Source: Chitinophagaceae bacterium
Lineage (GTDB): Bacteria; Bacteroidota; Bacteroidia; Chitinophagales; Chitinophagaceae
Assembly (NCBI GenBank): GCA_004322015.1
Contig: SCQT01000032.1
Coordinates: forward strand, 44,981 to 108,980
DNA length: 64,000 nt
Direction: 5' to 3'
The first letter of the stretch is position 1, and the number at the start of each line of letters is the position of its first letter. Under the pieces are notes generated by a model. The model saw only the letters and a list, made by a program, of their open reading frames with translations, was not told the DNA's origin and searched no databases. This document shows positions 18,108-28,434 of the stretch, piece by piece. The position numbers were made by a program, and so were the translations under genes.

Positions 18108-18425
18108 TTATAAATGTGCCTGTATTTTCTTTTCCAGAATGGATTTAGGAACAGCGCCGATCTGCCTGTCCACCACTTTTCCACCTTTGATAAACAGGAT
18201 GGCGGGAATGCTGGTAATGCCATATTGCATGGATACCTGCGGGTTTTGATCCACATTCACCTTGCCGACATTCACCTTACCTGCATAATCTTTGGACAAT
18301 TCTTCCACTACAGGCCCGATAGCGCGGCAAGGTCCACACCATTCTGCCCAAAAATCAACCATACTGAGTTTTTCTGATTCCAGCACATTATTCTGGAAAT
18401 TTGAATCTGTGAATTCTGTTGCCAT
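18108..18425 (-). CDS. trxA: Thioredoxin
   Basis: 105 aa with the WCGPC active site. Confidence 0.92.
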   Translation of the reverse strand: MATEFTDSNFQNNVLESEKLSMVDFWAEWCGPCRAIGPVVEELSKDYAGKVNVGKVNVDQNPQVSMQYGITSIPAILFIKGGKVVDRQIGAVPKSILEKKIQAHL

Positions 18426-18531
18426 GATTTTATTGTTTTAATGGTTATTATTAAATGTTACTGTTTGATTATCAAGTCGCTTTTTATCTGCAATAACTAA
18501 ACCAGCGCAAAGTTACTGCTTTAATGACAGG

Positions 18532-21500
18532 TTAATTATTGATAATACTTATACGGATATTCATATTGTCTTGTTTCTCCAAAAACTTTGTCAATTCGTC
18601 ATTCATCTCTACTTTCTTATGATAACTTTTAAGTTCTACTTTCCAGCCTTCCTGGGGATCTATCAGATACAGGTGAAGATCACTTTTACCCGGATGTGTA
18701 CGAAAGTTTTCTGTTAAAAAGCCGACCTGTTCACTGGTAATGCTGTCGGGAGAAGACACTATTTCTATTTCTCTTGTCTGCTTCTTTTTAATATCTTCGA
18801 GCAACTGAATTTGCTGTATTTTAAACTCGATTTGTTGTGCGTTGTATTGTCGTGATTGCAGGATACCCTGTATAAAAAGAGTCAATCCGGGTTTCAGGTA
18901 TTGGCTGAATCTTACATAATCTTCACCAAACAGCATCAATTCCATATTGCCGCTGAAATCCTGTAATAACAGCTTGCCATATTTGTTGCCTTTTTTGGAT
19001 ATCCTGTCCTGGGCGTCACTAACGAAGCCTGCAATCCTGCATATCCGTTCTTTGACGGATCCTTTTCCCTTGGCCTTATTTTCCATTTCTCCCCGGAAAT
19101 TTTCCACCTCATTAACAGGAGTAATATGATAATGTTTTAACTCAAACCGGTAAGTATCCAATGGATGACCGCTCAGATAAATGCCGGTGACTTCTTTTTC
19201 TTTTTCTAACCGGACCATCAGTGTCCAGGGATCGCAATCGGGGATTTTAGGCAACGCCAGGGTTGGCATATCCATATCGCCAAACAGCGTACCGGTGCTT
19301 TGCAATTGATTTGCATGCACCTGGTTACCGAAGCGTGCCAGCTTTTCCAACCCGGTAGTGTTATCTCCCTCGGGCCTGAAGAAATACTGTGCCCTGTGCA
19401 ATTCTTCAAAGCAATCGAATGCGCCGGATAATGCCAGGCATTCTAATGATTTTTTATTCACTGACCTCTGATTAGCACGTTGGATAAAATCATATATACT
19501 GACAAAAGAGGCGTCTTTTTCCCGTTCTTCTAGAATACTTTCCACAGCAGTTTGGCCTACACCTTTGATGCCCGCCAAGCCAAAACGGATCTGACCTTTT
19601 TTATTTACCGAAAACCCTTTCCCCGATTCATTAATATCAGGCCCTAATACCGGAATGTCCATGCGTTTGCTTTCCTGCATAAAGAAAGTCAGCTTATCAA
19701 TATTATTCAGGTTATTGGTCAGGACGGCTGCCATGTATTCGGCAGGATAGTGAGCTTTCAAATAGGCAGTCTGATAAGCCACATAAGCGTATCCGGTGGC
19801 ATGTGATTTATTAAAAGCATAAGAGGCAAAGGCTTCCCAGTCTGTCCAGATCTTTTCGCAAGTTTTGGTATCCAGATCATTTTGGGCACAACCTTCAATA
19901 AATTTCGACTTCATCTTATCCAATACCGCCCGTTGTTTTTTACCCATGGCTTTCCGGAGGGTGTCGGCTTCACCTTTGGTAAAATTAGCCAGCTTCCGCG
20001 AGAGCAGCATTACCTGCTCCTGATAGACTGTTACGCCGTAGGTTTCTTCCAGATATTCTTCCATTTCAGGAAGATCATAAGTAACGGGTTCAAGGCCAAG
20101 TTTACGATTGATGAATTGTGGAATATATTGGATAGGGCCGGGGCGATACAGCGCATTCATGGCAATAAGATCCTCAAATTTATCCGGTTTCAGCTCACGC
20201 AAATATTTTTGCATGCCGTCGCTTTCAAACTGGAAAGTACCGTCCGTTTCTCCTTTCTGATACAGTTCAAAGGTCTTTTCATCATCTAAGGGAATACTGT
20301 CAATATCAATTGTAACCCCATGATTATGTTTTATTAACGCCAGAGCATTTTTGATAATACTTAAAGTCTTTAACCCTAAAAAATCCATCTTGATAACCCC
20401 GGCGGATTCGATCACGCTTCCTTCGTATTGTGTGACGAGCAATTCCGAATCTTTAGCAGTGCAAACGGGAATTAATTCTTTCAGATCTTTGGGTGCAATG
20501 ATAATCCCAGCGGCATGAATGCCGGTATTTCTTACGGAGCCTTCCAGCTTCACTGCTTCACGAAGCACTTCACCTTCCAGAGAATCTTCTTCATACAATT
20601 TTCGCAGTCCCCGTATGGCTTCCAATTGCTCCGGTTGCAATTTTTCATTTTCCTCCAGGCTGTTTTCGCCTGTGAGCGGGGCGGTAATGATCCGCGACAA
20701 ATGAATACCGGGCTTTTCAGGGACCATTTTAGCTAATTCATTTGCCCTTGATAGCTGCAGATCCATTACCCGTGCCACATCCTTGATGCTCATTTTGGCA
20801 GCCATGGTACCGTATGTAATGATTTGCGCTACCTGGTCCCGGCCGTACTTTTTCACCACATAATCAATCACTTTCTGTCGCCCGTCATCGTCAAAATCCG
20901 TATCAATATCAGGCATGCTTTTGCGATCTGGGTTCAGAAAACGTTCAAAAAGCAAATCATATTTAACGGGATCAATATTCGTAATGCCGATGGAATATGC
21001 CACTACCGAACCCGCTGCCGAACCGCGTCCCGGACCTACGAACACATCCAGCTTGCGGGCTGCCTGGATGAAATCCATTACAATGAGAAAATATCCCGCG
21101 AAGCCCATTGTTTCAATAGTATCTAATTCGAAATTCAGCCGTTCTTCCACTTCCGGTGTGATATCGGTATAACGTTTTTTGGCGCCCTCGAAAGCCAGAT
21201 GCCGCAGATATTGCTCCTGTGTCAGAAATTCCGGAGGAATGGGAAAATTAGGCAAGAGGATTTGCCTCTTCAAATCCAGCAACTCCACTTTGTCCACAAT
21301 TTCGCTGGTATTGTCCAATGAAGCCGGTACATCCGCGAATAATTTTCCCATTTCATTTTTTGTCTTAAAATAAAATTCATTGTTGGGAAAACCGAAACGA
21401 TAGCCTTTGCCGCCTTCTTCATCTGTAGAGATAGGCGTTGTTTTCAAATCACCCGTATTAATACATAGAAGAATGTCATGCGCATTCGCATCATCCTTCT

Positions 21501-22170
21501 CCACATAATGAGAATCATTGGTAGATATCGTCTTTACTTCATATTTTTTTGCAAATTTGAGAAGCGCTTCATTGACCTGATCCTGCTCTTTGATCTTATG
21601 CCTTTGCAATTCGATATAATAATCTTCACCGAAAATATCCAGCCACCATTTAAAGATTTCTTCTCCTGCCTGTGCGCCTTTTTGTAAAATAGTCTGGGGC
21701 ACTTCGGCGCCAATGCAACATGTCGTGGCGATCAATCCTTTATGATATTGCAGAATTAGTTCTTTGTCTATACGCGGATATTTTCCATACATACCTTCTA
21801 TAAATCCCAGCGAGCAAAGCTTGGTCAGGTTTTTATAGCCGGTTTCATTTTTTGCCAACAGGATCTGGTGATAACGTCTGTCCTTCTTATCTCTCGTAAA
21901 CTGATGAATATGCCTGTCTTCTGTGATATAAAACTCACAGCCTATGATAGGCTTTACTTTCAGTCGCTTATCATTTTTATCTGCAGGATTCAGCTTATGC
22001 TTATACGCTTCCGCCACAAAATTGAACACACCAAACATATTGCCGTGGTCGGTGATGGCGAGAGCATGCATTCCGTCCTTCATCGCTTTTTGGTACAGCT
22101 TGCTTATATCTGCGGCGCCATCCAGCAGGGAGTATTGGGTATGTACATGAAGATGTGAAAAATCCGGCAT
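18532..22170 (-). CDS. dnaE: DNA polymerase III alpha subunit
   Basis: 1212 aa. It has an N-terminal PHP domain (HLHVHTQYSLLDGA), palm and fingers motifs and a C-terminal OB region. The reading frame is uninterrupted. Confidence 0.95.
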   Translation of the reverse strand: MPDFSHLHVHTQYSLLDGAADISKLYQKAMKDGMHALAITDHGNMFGVFNFVAEAYKHKLNPADKNDKRLKVKPIIGCEFYITEDRHIHQFTRDKKDRRYHQILLAKNETGYKNLTKLCSLGFIEGMYGKYPRIDKELILQYHKGLIATTCCIGAEVPQTILQKGAQAGEEIFKWWLDIFGEDYYIELQRHKIKEQDQVNEALLKFAKKYEVKTISTNDSHYVEKDDANAHDILLCINTGDLKTTPISTDEEGGKGYRFGFPNNEFYFKTKNEMGKLFADVPASLDNTSEIVDKVELLDLKRQILLPNFPIPPEFLTQEQYLRHLAFEGAKKRYTDITPEVEERLNFELDTIETMGFAGYFLIVMDFIQAARKLDVFVGPGRGSAAGSVVAYSIGITNIDPVKYDLLFERFLNPDRKSMPDIDTDFDDDGRQKVIDYVVKKYGRDQVAQIITYGTMAAKMSIKDVARVMDLQLSRANELAKMVPEKPGIHLSRIITAPLTGENSLEENEKLQPEQLEAIRGLRKLYEEDSLEGEVLREAVKLEGSVRNTGIHAAGIIIAPKDLKELIPVCTAKDSELLVTQYEGSVIESAGVIKMDFLGLKTLSIIKNALALIKHNHGVTIDIDSIPLDDEKTFELYQKGETDGTFQFESDGMQKYLRELKPDKFEDLIAMNALYRPGPIQYIPQFINRKLGLEPVTYDLPEMEEYLEETYGVTVYQEQVMLLSRKLANFTKGEADTLRKAMGKKQRAVLDKMKSKFIEGCAQNDLDTKTCEKIWTDWEAFASYAFNKSHATGYAYVAYQTAYLKAHYPAEYMAAVLTNNLNNIDKLTFFMQESKRMDIPVLGPDINESGKGFSVNKKGQIRFGLAGIKGVGQTAVESILEEREKDASFVSIYDFIQRANQRSVNKKSLECLALSGAFDCFEELHRAQYFFRPEGDNTTGLEKLARFGNQVHANQLQSTGTLFGDMDMPTLALPKIPDCDPWTLMVRLEKEKEVTGIYLSGHPLDTYRFELKHYHITPVNEVENFRGEMENKAKGKGSVKERICRIAGFVSDAQDRISKKGNKYGKLLLQDFSGNMELMLFGEDYVRFSQYLKPGLTLFIQGILQSRQYNAQQIEFKIQQIQLLEDIKKKQTREIEIVSSPDSITSEQVGFLTENFRTHPGKSDLHLYLIDPQEGWKVELKSYHKKVEMNDELTKFLEKQDNMNIRISIINN

Positions 22171-22310
22171 GATAATATGTACTTTCAGTATGGTTACAAA
22201 ACAAGGCGATTTTCCTAAAATAAAAAAAGTTTGAGTACAAAATTTTTACACAAATTATACGTTTAAGAAAAAAAATGGTTTGAATGATTGAAAATCAAAT
22301 CATTCTTTAT

Positions 22311-22318
22311 TATATTTG
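22311..22318 (+). promoter_or_regulatory. Bacteroidota -7 box (TAtaTTTG)
   Basis: Exact TAnnTTTG match 29 nt upstream of the ATG at 22347. Confidence 0.4.
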
Positions 22319-22346
22319 TCGCTTATTCATCCTGTGAAGTATAGTC

Positions 22347-23060
22347 ATGAAGGTATGTCGTAACCTTTTCTTCTTTTTTTTGGCAGTATCTTTGCTGCCC
22401 GCCTGTTCCATGCTGAAAAGTACTCAAACCACTTCCCGGCAGGCATCTGTGTCTCATCCAACTAAGAATTCAGATAAGATCACCTTCATTAATGATATTG
22501 CCATTAAACGCAATGGGCATGTGTCAACTCAAAAAGTAAAAGGGTATAACTGTGTGCCGGATTCGTCTTCTCTGACCCCTGCCATTGAATCTTCAAACAC
22601 TGCATCTATTGTGCAAAAATATGCCCAGATGCTGGATATACCTGCCGCCGATATGGATGATTCTTCCCTGTATAATTTTATAGATTCCTGGTATGGCACT
22701 CCTTATCTTTTGGGAGGCGATTCCCGCAGCGGCATTGATTGTTCGGCTTTTGCACAGATCCTGTATGCGACTGTTTTCGGTATTACTACCATTCCAAGGA
22801 CAGCCCGTGAACAATATGAAGATTCAAAAAAAGTAAGGCATATCAGCAGGCTGCAGGAAGGCGATCTGGTCTTTTTCCGTATTCACAGCCGCCACATCAA
22901 TCATGTGGGTATTTATCTGCAGAACAATAAATTCGTCAACGCCTCTGTTTCATCCGGTGTGATGATATGCGACCTCACCGATCCTTATTGGCGGCGGTAT
23001 TTTGCCGGTGGGGGTGAACCGAGGCAGGCGGTTGAAGCAGGAGTATTTGCAGCGGAATAA
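22347..23060 (+). CDS. C40 (NlpC/P60) family peptidase lipoprotein
   Basis: Lipobox LLPACS. The catalytic Cys is in GIDCSAF and the His in NHVGIY. Confidence 0.8.
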   Translation: MKVCRNLFFFFLAVSLLPACSMLKSTQTTSRQASVSHPTKNSDKITFINDIAIKRNGHVSTQKVKGYNCVPDSSSLTPAIESSNTASIVQKYAQMLDIPAADMDDSSLYNFIDSWYGTPYLLGGDSRSGIDCSAFAQILYATVFGITTIPRTAREQYEDSKKVRHISRLQEGDLVFFRIHSRHINHVGIYLQNNKFVNASVSSGVMICDLTDPYWRRYFAGGGEPRQAVEAGVFAAE

Positions 23061-23144
23061 AAGAATCTCCCTGTCAGGATGTACCGGCTCAGGGAATCTT
23101 TATATCCGCAAAGAATGAGTTTGGTTTACTATTCCAACAAAAAA

Positions 23145-24869
23145 TTAACTCAGCCCCATTTCTCTGATAATAGCATCTATTTTCCCATTCAACAGGTGAT
23201 TCACTTTATCGAAATCATCCTTGCTTTTCAGCGGAGCATTCACACTGAAATAAAATTTTATTTTCGGCTCCGTTCCGGACGGACGGGCAGAAATTTTACT
23301 GCCGTCTGCTAATTTAAACTGCAACACATTAGAAGAAGGCAAAGTAATATCTGCCGTTTCATCTGTCCTCAGATCTTTAGCTTTGCCCGTTTTATAATCT
23401 AAGAGTTCTATGACATCAGAACCATTGATAGACTTGGGCGGGTGCTCCCTGAATTTTTGCATCATGGCTGCTATTTCTTCCCCACCATGCATACCTTTTT
23501 TCGTAATGGAAACCAACCTTTCTTTATAGAATCCGTATTGTATATAAATATCCGTCAGTTCATCAAAGAGTGTTTTACCCTTATTTTTGGCAACGGCTGC
23601 CATTTCACAAATCAGGGCCACTGCAGATATCGCATCTTTATCCCTGGTCTGATCACCGATCATGTATCCATACGATTCTTCTCCACCGCAAATAAAGTTG
23701 AGCCTGTCTTCATTTTCTCTTATCTTTTCTGCGATCCATTTAAAGCCGGTCAATACATTCAGGCAGATGATCCCCTGTTTTTCCGCAAACACATCTATCA
23801 GGTCGCTGGTGACAATAGTCTTACAGATGAAATCATTCGGTTTATTTAACCCTTTTGCCTTTCTTGCGCTCACTAAATAATTGAACAATATAACACCTGT
23901 CTGGTTTCCATTCAGCAACACCCATTTACCATGATTATCTTTAACGCCGACAGCTACGCGGTCACTGTCCGGGTCCGTGCCTGTTAATAAGTCCGCATGG
24001 ATCTTTTCTGCCAGCTTTAACCCAAGGCTCATAGCTTCGGCTTCTTCAGGATTAGGATAAACGACTGTAGGAAAATTACCATCCGGCTTGGCTTGTTCCT
24101 GCACAATATTTACATTGGTAAACCCAAAACGCTTCAGTATCTCAGGTACCAATACAATACCTGTTCCGTGAATGGAAGTATAAACGATCTTCAGATCATG
24201 CTGCTTTTGAATGATATCCGGATTTACTGAAAGCTTTTGGACAGCATTTAAATAGGCTTCATCCGCATCTTTCCCTAAAAGTGTGATATTCTCTTCATTT
24301 CCATTCCATTTTATTTCAGTGATGGAACTGATCTTATTCACTTCCGTGATCACATTCTTGTCATGCGGGGGAACTAATTGACCGCCGTCATTCCAGTAAG
24401 CTTTATAGCCGTTATATTCCCTGGGATTATGAGAAGCGGTGCAAACCACGCCTCCGTGTGCTTTTAATCTGCGTATGGTAAATGAAAGCTCGGGTGTTGG
24501 CCGCAAAGCTTCAAACAAGAATACTTTAATGCCGTTGGCGGCCATTATGTTAGCAGTTATTTCAGCAAAGTTTTGACTGTTATTCCTGCAATCATGCGCT
24601 ATCACCACGCGGATCTCTTCGTCAACTGATCTCTTTAAATAATTGGCAAAGCCCTGCGTGGCAGTTCCCACCGTATATTGATTGATTCTGTTCGTTCCTA
24701 CGCCCATGATGCCACGTAATCCACCGGTGCCAAATTCCAGTGTGGTATAAAACGCTTCTTCCAGCGCCTGAGGGTTATCTTTCTGTAATTGACGGATTTG
24801 ATTTTTTGTGTCTTCATCATAAGGTCCTGTAAGCCATTGCTCTACTTGTTGTTTCCAGGTGTTTTCCAT
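23145..24869 (-). CDS. Phospho-sugar mutase (phosphoglucomutase/phosphomannomutase family)
   Basis: TASHNP phosphoserine loop, a GTDPDSDR Mg site and a GEESYG sugar-binding loop. 574 aa. Confidence 0.85.
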   Translation of the reverse strand: MENTWKQQVEQWLTGPYDEDTKNQIRQLQKDNPQALEEAFYTTLEFGTGGLRGIMGVGTNRINQYTVGTATQGFANYLKRSVDEEIRVVIAHDCRNNSQNFAEITANIMAANGIKVFLFEALRPTPELSFTIRRLKAHGGVVCTASHNPREYNGYKAYWNDGGQLVPPHDKNVITEVNKISSITEIKWNGNEENITLLGKDADEAYLNAVQKLSVNPDIIQKQHDLKIVYTSIHGTGIVLVPEILKRFGFTNVNIVQEQAKPDGNFPTVVYPNPEEAEAMSLGLKLAEKIHADLLTGTDPDSDRVAVGVKDNHGKWVLLNGNQTGVILFNYLVSARKAKGLNKPNDFICKTIVTSDLIDVFAEKQGIICLNVLTGFKWIAEKIRENEDRLNFICGGEESYGYMIGDQTRDKDAISAVALICEMAAVAKNKGKTLFDELTDIYIQYGFYKERLVSITKKGMHGGEEIAAMMQKFREHPPKSINGSDVIELLDYKTGKAKDLRTDETADITLPSSNVLQFKLADGSKISARPSGTEPKIKFYFSVNAPLKSKDDFDKVNHLLNGKIDAIIREMGLS

Positions 24870-24955
24870 GATCTCCTATTTTTTGGGATAAATATATTAC
24901 AAAGAAATGCAAATGCATCATAAAAATAATGTACTTTCCTGATTATTTTTGCGGC

Positions 24956-25609
24956 ATGCGAAATTTTGAAGATACCTGGCGGCATAAAGGAATGAGAAGC
25001 AAGTTAGTGGAAACACTCAGGGAAAAAGGCATCAGCGATGAGAATGTATTGAACGCCATAGAAAAGGTTCCCCGTCATTTCTTTATGGATACGGCTTTCG
25101 ATGATCTTGCTTATCAGGACAGAGCTTTCCCGATTGGGGAAGGACAAACTATTTCACAACCTTATACAGTTGCTTACCAGACCCAACTGCTGGAAATCAA
25201 AGCTTTTGATAAAGTGCTGGAAATAGGTACAGGAAGCGGCTATCAGGCTTGTATTTTAGCTGAAATGGGTGCACGGGTCTTTACCATAGAGCGGCAAAAG
25301 AAACTATATGATTCTTTCAAGACCTTCTTTTTTAAATCCAATTATCCTGCCATTAAATCCTTTTACGGAGATGGTTATGAAGGATTGCCCACGTATGCGC
25401 CTTTTGATAAAGTGATTGTCACCGCTGCGGCGCCTTATATTCCTGAAAAGTTACTGCAGCAATTGAAGATTGGCGGATATATGGTGGTACCTGTAGGCGG
25501 AAGAGAAGGTCAGCGGATGTTCCGAATTGTCAAAAAAGGAGATGATCATTATGAAAATGAAGTGTATGATAATTTCTCCTTTGTGCCGATGCTGGGAGGG
25601 AAGAAATAA
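24956..25609 (+). CDS. pcm: Protein-L-isoaspartate O-methyltransferase
   Basis: TISQPYTVA motif and the SAM motif VLEIGTGSGYQ. The ATG at 24956 is preferred. Confidence 0.85.
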   Translation: MRNFEDTWRHKGMRSKLVETLREKGISDENVLNAIEKVPRHFFMDTAFDDLAYQDRAFPIGEGQTISQPYTVAYQTQLLEIKAFDKVLEIGTGSGYQACILAEMGARVFTIERQKKLYDSFKTFFFKSNYPAIKSFYGDGYEGLPTYAPFDKVIVTAAAPYIPEKLLQQLKIGGYMVVPVGGREGQRMFRIVKKGDDHYENEVYDNFSFVPMLGGKK

Positions 25610-25622
25610 TTGTTCCAATATT

Positions 25623-25922
25623 TCATTGTTCCAATGTTTCAGGTTTATTTCGCTCATTTTGTTTTTTTGAGGAAACGGTACCAAATAAACCGAAAATATC
25701 CCAGCGGAAATATTTCAGCACCTTCAACAATAAAATGGTAGCAGCCACTTCATCCAGGTTCCCGATAATAGGGATATTATCCGGAATAAGCTCCAGCACG
25801 CCGGCATCAGGATTCAACAAGTAAATAATACAGATAATGCCCGCAATGGCCATACCTATACTTTTGAGCCAGGTACGTTTGCCTTCGACGGGAAGGTTAA
25901 TAACATCTTTTCTTAATTTCAT
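25623..25922 (-). CDS. DUF1232 (YkvA-like) membrane protein
   Basis: The motif LIPDNIPIIGNLDEV is flanked by hydrophobic segments. Confidence 0.6.
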   Translation of the reverse strand: MKLRKDVINLPVEGKRTWLKSIGMAIAGIICIIYLLNPDAGVLELIPDNIPIIGNLDEVAATILLLKVLKYFRWDIFGLFGTVSSKKQNERNKPETLEQ

Positions 25923-26040
25923 AGATCATGATTTTATCATGTTACATATTTGATACCGGGTTTTCCATAAGGCCAAGAAACCTGCAAAGCATTAACTGCT
26001 GTTCTGGTGAGATATAAAACATGATAGCAGTTCTCAAAAT

Positions 26041-26718
26041 TTATTCCAAACGCCAGTCAATGGGTAATTTATTTTGCTTTTTAAGCAATTCATTGGCCCT
26101 GGAAAAATGATGGCAGCCGAAAAATCCGTTATTGGCAGAGAATGGGGAGGGATGTGCTGCTTCTAACACAAAATGTTTATCGGAGTCAATCAGGTACTTC
26201 TTATTCCGGGCAAAATTCCCCCATAGTAAAAATATTATCCCTGCTTTTTCTTCCGATATCCTGCGGATGACAGCATCCGTGAATTGTTCCCAGCCTATTT
26301 TGCTGTGAGATGCCGGCTCATGTGCACGAACAGTCAGGATGGCATTGAGCAGCAAAACGCCATGATCCGCCCATTTCTCCAAATTACCCGAATGAGGAAC
26401 CGGTAATCCCAGATCATCCTGCAATTCCTTAAAAATATTAACCAAAGAAGGCGGAGGCTTTACTCCATCGCTCACTGAAAAACATAACCCATGTGCCTGT
26501 CCCTCTCCGTGATACGGATCCTGACCAAGAATGACGCATTTTACCTTTTCAAACGGCGTTTTATTAAAAGCATTAAAAATCAGCTTTCCGGGAGGGTAAA
26601 TAGTTACTCCTTTAGCCTTCTCTTGTTTTAAAGTTTGTACAATGATTGAAAAATAAGGCTTTTCAAATTCATCTTGTAATACAGTTTTCCAACTTTTTTC
26701 GATTTGTACTTCCATCAT
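26041..26718 (-). CDS. ung: Uracil-DNA glycosylase
   Basis: GQDPYH water-activating loop and the HPSP...N leucine loop. 225 aa. Confidence 0.92.
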   Translation of the reverse strand: MMEVQIEKSWKTVLQDEFEKPYFSIIVQTLKQEKAKGVTIYPPGKLIFNAFNKTPFEKVKCVILGQDPYHGEGQAHGLCFSVSDGVKPPPSLVNIFKELQDDLGLPVPHSGNLEKWADHGVLLLNAILTVRAHEPASHSKIGWEQFTDAVIRRISEEKAGIIFLLWGNFARNKKYLIDSDKHFVLEAAHPSPFSANNGFFGCHHFSRANELLKKQNKLPIDWRLE

Positions 26719-26755
26719 TTAAAGGGATAAATGCAGGGTTTAAAAAAATATCGAT

Positions 26756-26763
26756 TACTTTTG
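26756..26763 (+). promoter_or_regulatory. Bacteroidota -7 box (TActTTTG), presumed original tRNA promoter
   Basis: Exact TAnnTTTG match 37 nt upstream of the truncated tRNA copy. No comparable box lies directly upstream of the intact tRNA. Confidence 0.4.
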
Positions 26764-26799
26764 CAAGCTGTAAAACTAAAAGATTTTACCTAATTATCC

Positions 26800-26859
26800 G
26801 GTCCGGTAGCTTAGCTGGATACCTGCCGGCAGGCAGGGAGCATCAGCCTTCTAAGCGGA
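26800..26859 (+). pseudogene. Truncated 5' portion of tRNA-Arg(TCT), positions about 1-40, with a 16-nt hairpin insertion in the D-loop
   Basis: GGTCCGGTAGCTTAGCTGGATA[cctgccggcaggcagg]GAGCATCAGCCTTCTAAGC aligns with 27150-27189. It differs by 1 substitution plus the insertion at 26822-26837. No T arm or 3' acceptor strand follows. Confidence 0.8.
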
Positions 26860-26896
26860 ACTGGTCCAGGAAGAAAGTCCAAAGGGATTCGGGAAT

Positions 26897-27226
<330 letters not shown>

Positions 27227-27237
27227 AAAGCAGGATT

Positions 27238-27280
27238 AATCCATCGTAAATGAATATTTTACGGTGGATTTTCTATTTTT
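27238..27280 (+). terminator. Rho-independent terminator after the tRNA
   Basis: A 13-bp stem AATCCATCGTAAA / TTTACGGTGGATT (one G-U pair) with a 7-nt loop, followed by TTCTATTTTT. Confidence 0.7.
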
Positions 27281-27362
27281 GAAGAAATGTTTCATTTCTT
27301 CAAATTTCACCTTGCGGCAAATATGAAAACTTGGGTGAAAGAAAAAGATAATAAATTTGATT

Positions 27363-28406
27363 ATGGACAATCCTTTTGAACGGTACCATTGCCAGATTGC
27401 GTTGCCCGGTTTCGGAGAATGGGGGCAAGAACTGTTGCGAAGTGCACGAGTGCTGGTAATAGGCGCCGGAGGCTTGGGATGCCCGGCCACACAATATTTG
27501 ACAGCCGCTGGAATAGGCACCATCGGAATGGCAGATGATGATACTATTTCTGTTAAAAACCTCCATCGCCAGGTTTTATTTAACCCTGATGATACCGGAA
27601 AAAAGAAGGTGGATATTCTATGTAAAAGATTACACGCACAAAACCCATCAATCAGGATCATCCCTTACGATCTGCGTGTAACTTCAGACAATGTGATGGA
27701 ATTGATCTCAGGTTACGATCTGATCATGGAAGGCGCCGATAATTTTGAAACAAAATGTTTAATTAATGATGCCTGTGTGCTTGCGGGGAAACCCCTGATT
27801 TACGGAGCTATTTATCAATATGAAGGACAGGTGGCGGTGTGGAATGTGAGAGGCAGCGCCGGCACCTATTCTCCCAACTATCACGATGTGTTTCCCGATG
27901 TAGAAAATGCGCAAGTCCCGAATTGTGCGGACGGAGGTGTCCTGCCCACATTAGCCGGTATTGTCGGATGCATGCAGGCGAATGAAGCGATTAAATATTT
28001 TATTCATGATAAGAATTTATTAACAGGGAAATTGTGGATGATGAATGTGCAAAGCGGAGAAACGCGAATTATTCAATTGGGAAAAATTACCCATACGAAA
28101 ATCACGACTTTAACGCCCTCTGTTCCTGTTATTACTTATTCTGAATTGGAAGGCGGAATGTATGAATTGATTGATGTGCGCACTGAGGAGGAAAATCATT
28201 ATTTTAATATTGGTGGTAAAAATATTCCTTTGATAAAATTGGAAGAGCAGATTTCATTTGTTGATTCTTCAAAAACGGTTGTTTTTTATTGTGCCCGGGG
28301 CGAAAGAAGTGAGAGAGCGGTTAACATCTTCAAAAAATATTTCCCGGGCGGAAAGGCTTATTCTTTGAAAGGCGGAATAGAAAACTTGAAAAGAGTTTTG
28401 CTTTAG
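27363..28406 (+). CDS. moeB: Molybdopterin-synthase adenylyltransferase (ThiF/MoeB) with C-terminal rhodanese domain
   Basis: RYHCQIALPGFG, the nucleotide loop GAGGLGCP and the rhodanese active site CARGERS. Confidence 0.8.
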   Translation: MDNPFERYHCQIALPGFGEWGQELLRSARVLVIGAGGLGCPATQYLTAAGIGTIGMADDDTISVKNLHRQVLFNPDDTGKKKVDILCKRLHAQNPSIRIIPYDLRVTSDNVMELISGYDLIMEGADNFETKCLINDACVLAGKPLIYGAIYQYEGQVAVWNVRGSAGTYSPNYHDVFPDVENAQVPNCADGGVLPTLAGIVGCMQANEAIKYFIHDKNLLTGKLWMMNVQSGETRIIQLGKITHTKITTLTPSVPVITYSELEGGMYELIDVRTEEENHYFNIGGKNIPLIKLEEQISFVDSSKTVVFYCARGERSERAVNIFKKYFPGGKAYSLKGGIENLKRVLL

Positions 28407-28434
28407 GCAAAATTAAAATCATTAACTTTTTTAT

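Noticed and set aside
18532-22170. An intein or other insertion in DnaE.
   Set aside because: The frame reads continuously through the conserved PHP, palm, fingers and OB regions, with no extra block or Cys/Ser...HN splice-junction pattern.
18947-22240. About a dozen 60-135 aa ORFs on both strands within dnaE.
   Set aside because: All are nested in or antisense to the uninterrupted 1212-aa DnaE frame. They show no motifs and have low-complexity composition.
26800-26896. The first tRNA-like sequence as a second functional tRNA-Arg gene, or as the 5' exon of an intron-containing tRNA.
   Set aside because: No T arm (GTTCGAATC-like) and no 3' acceptor strand (CCGGAYC) follow it. The downstream tRNA at 27150-27226 is complete on its own, so the ORF is not inside a group I or other intron of that tRNA.
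27236-27661. The 141-aa and 88-aa minus-strand ORFs opposite the moeB 5' region.
   Set aside because: They are antisense to a strongly supported gene, have Cys/Ser/Pro-rich odd composition and span the tRNA terminator hairpins.
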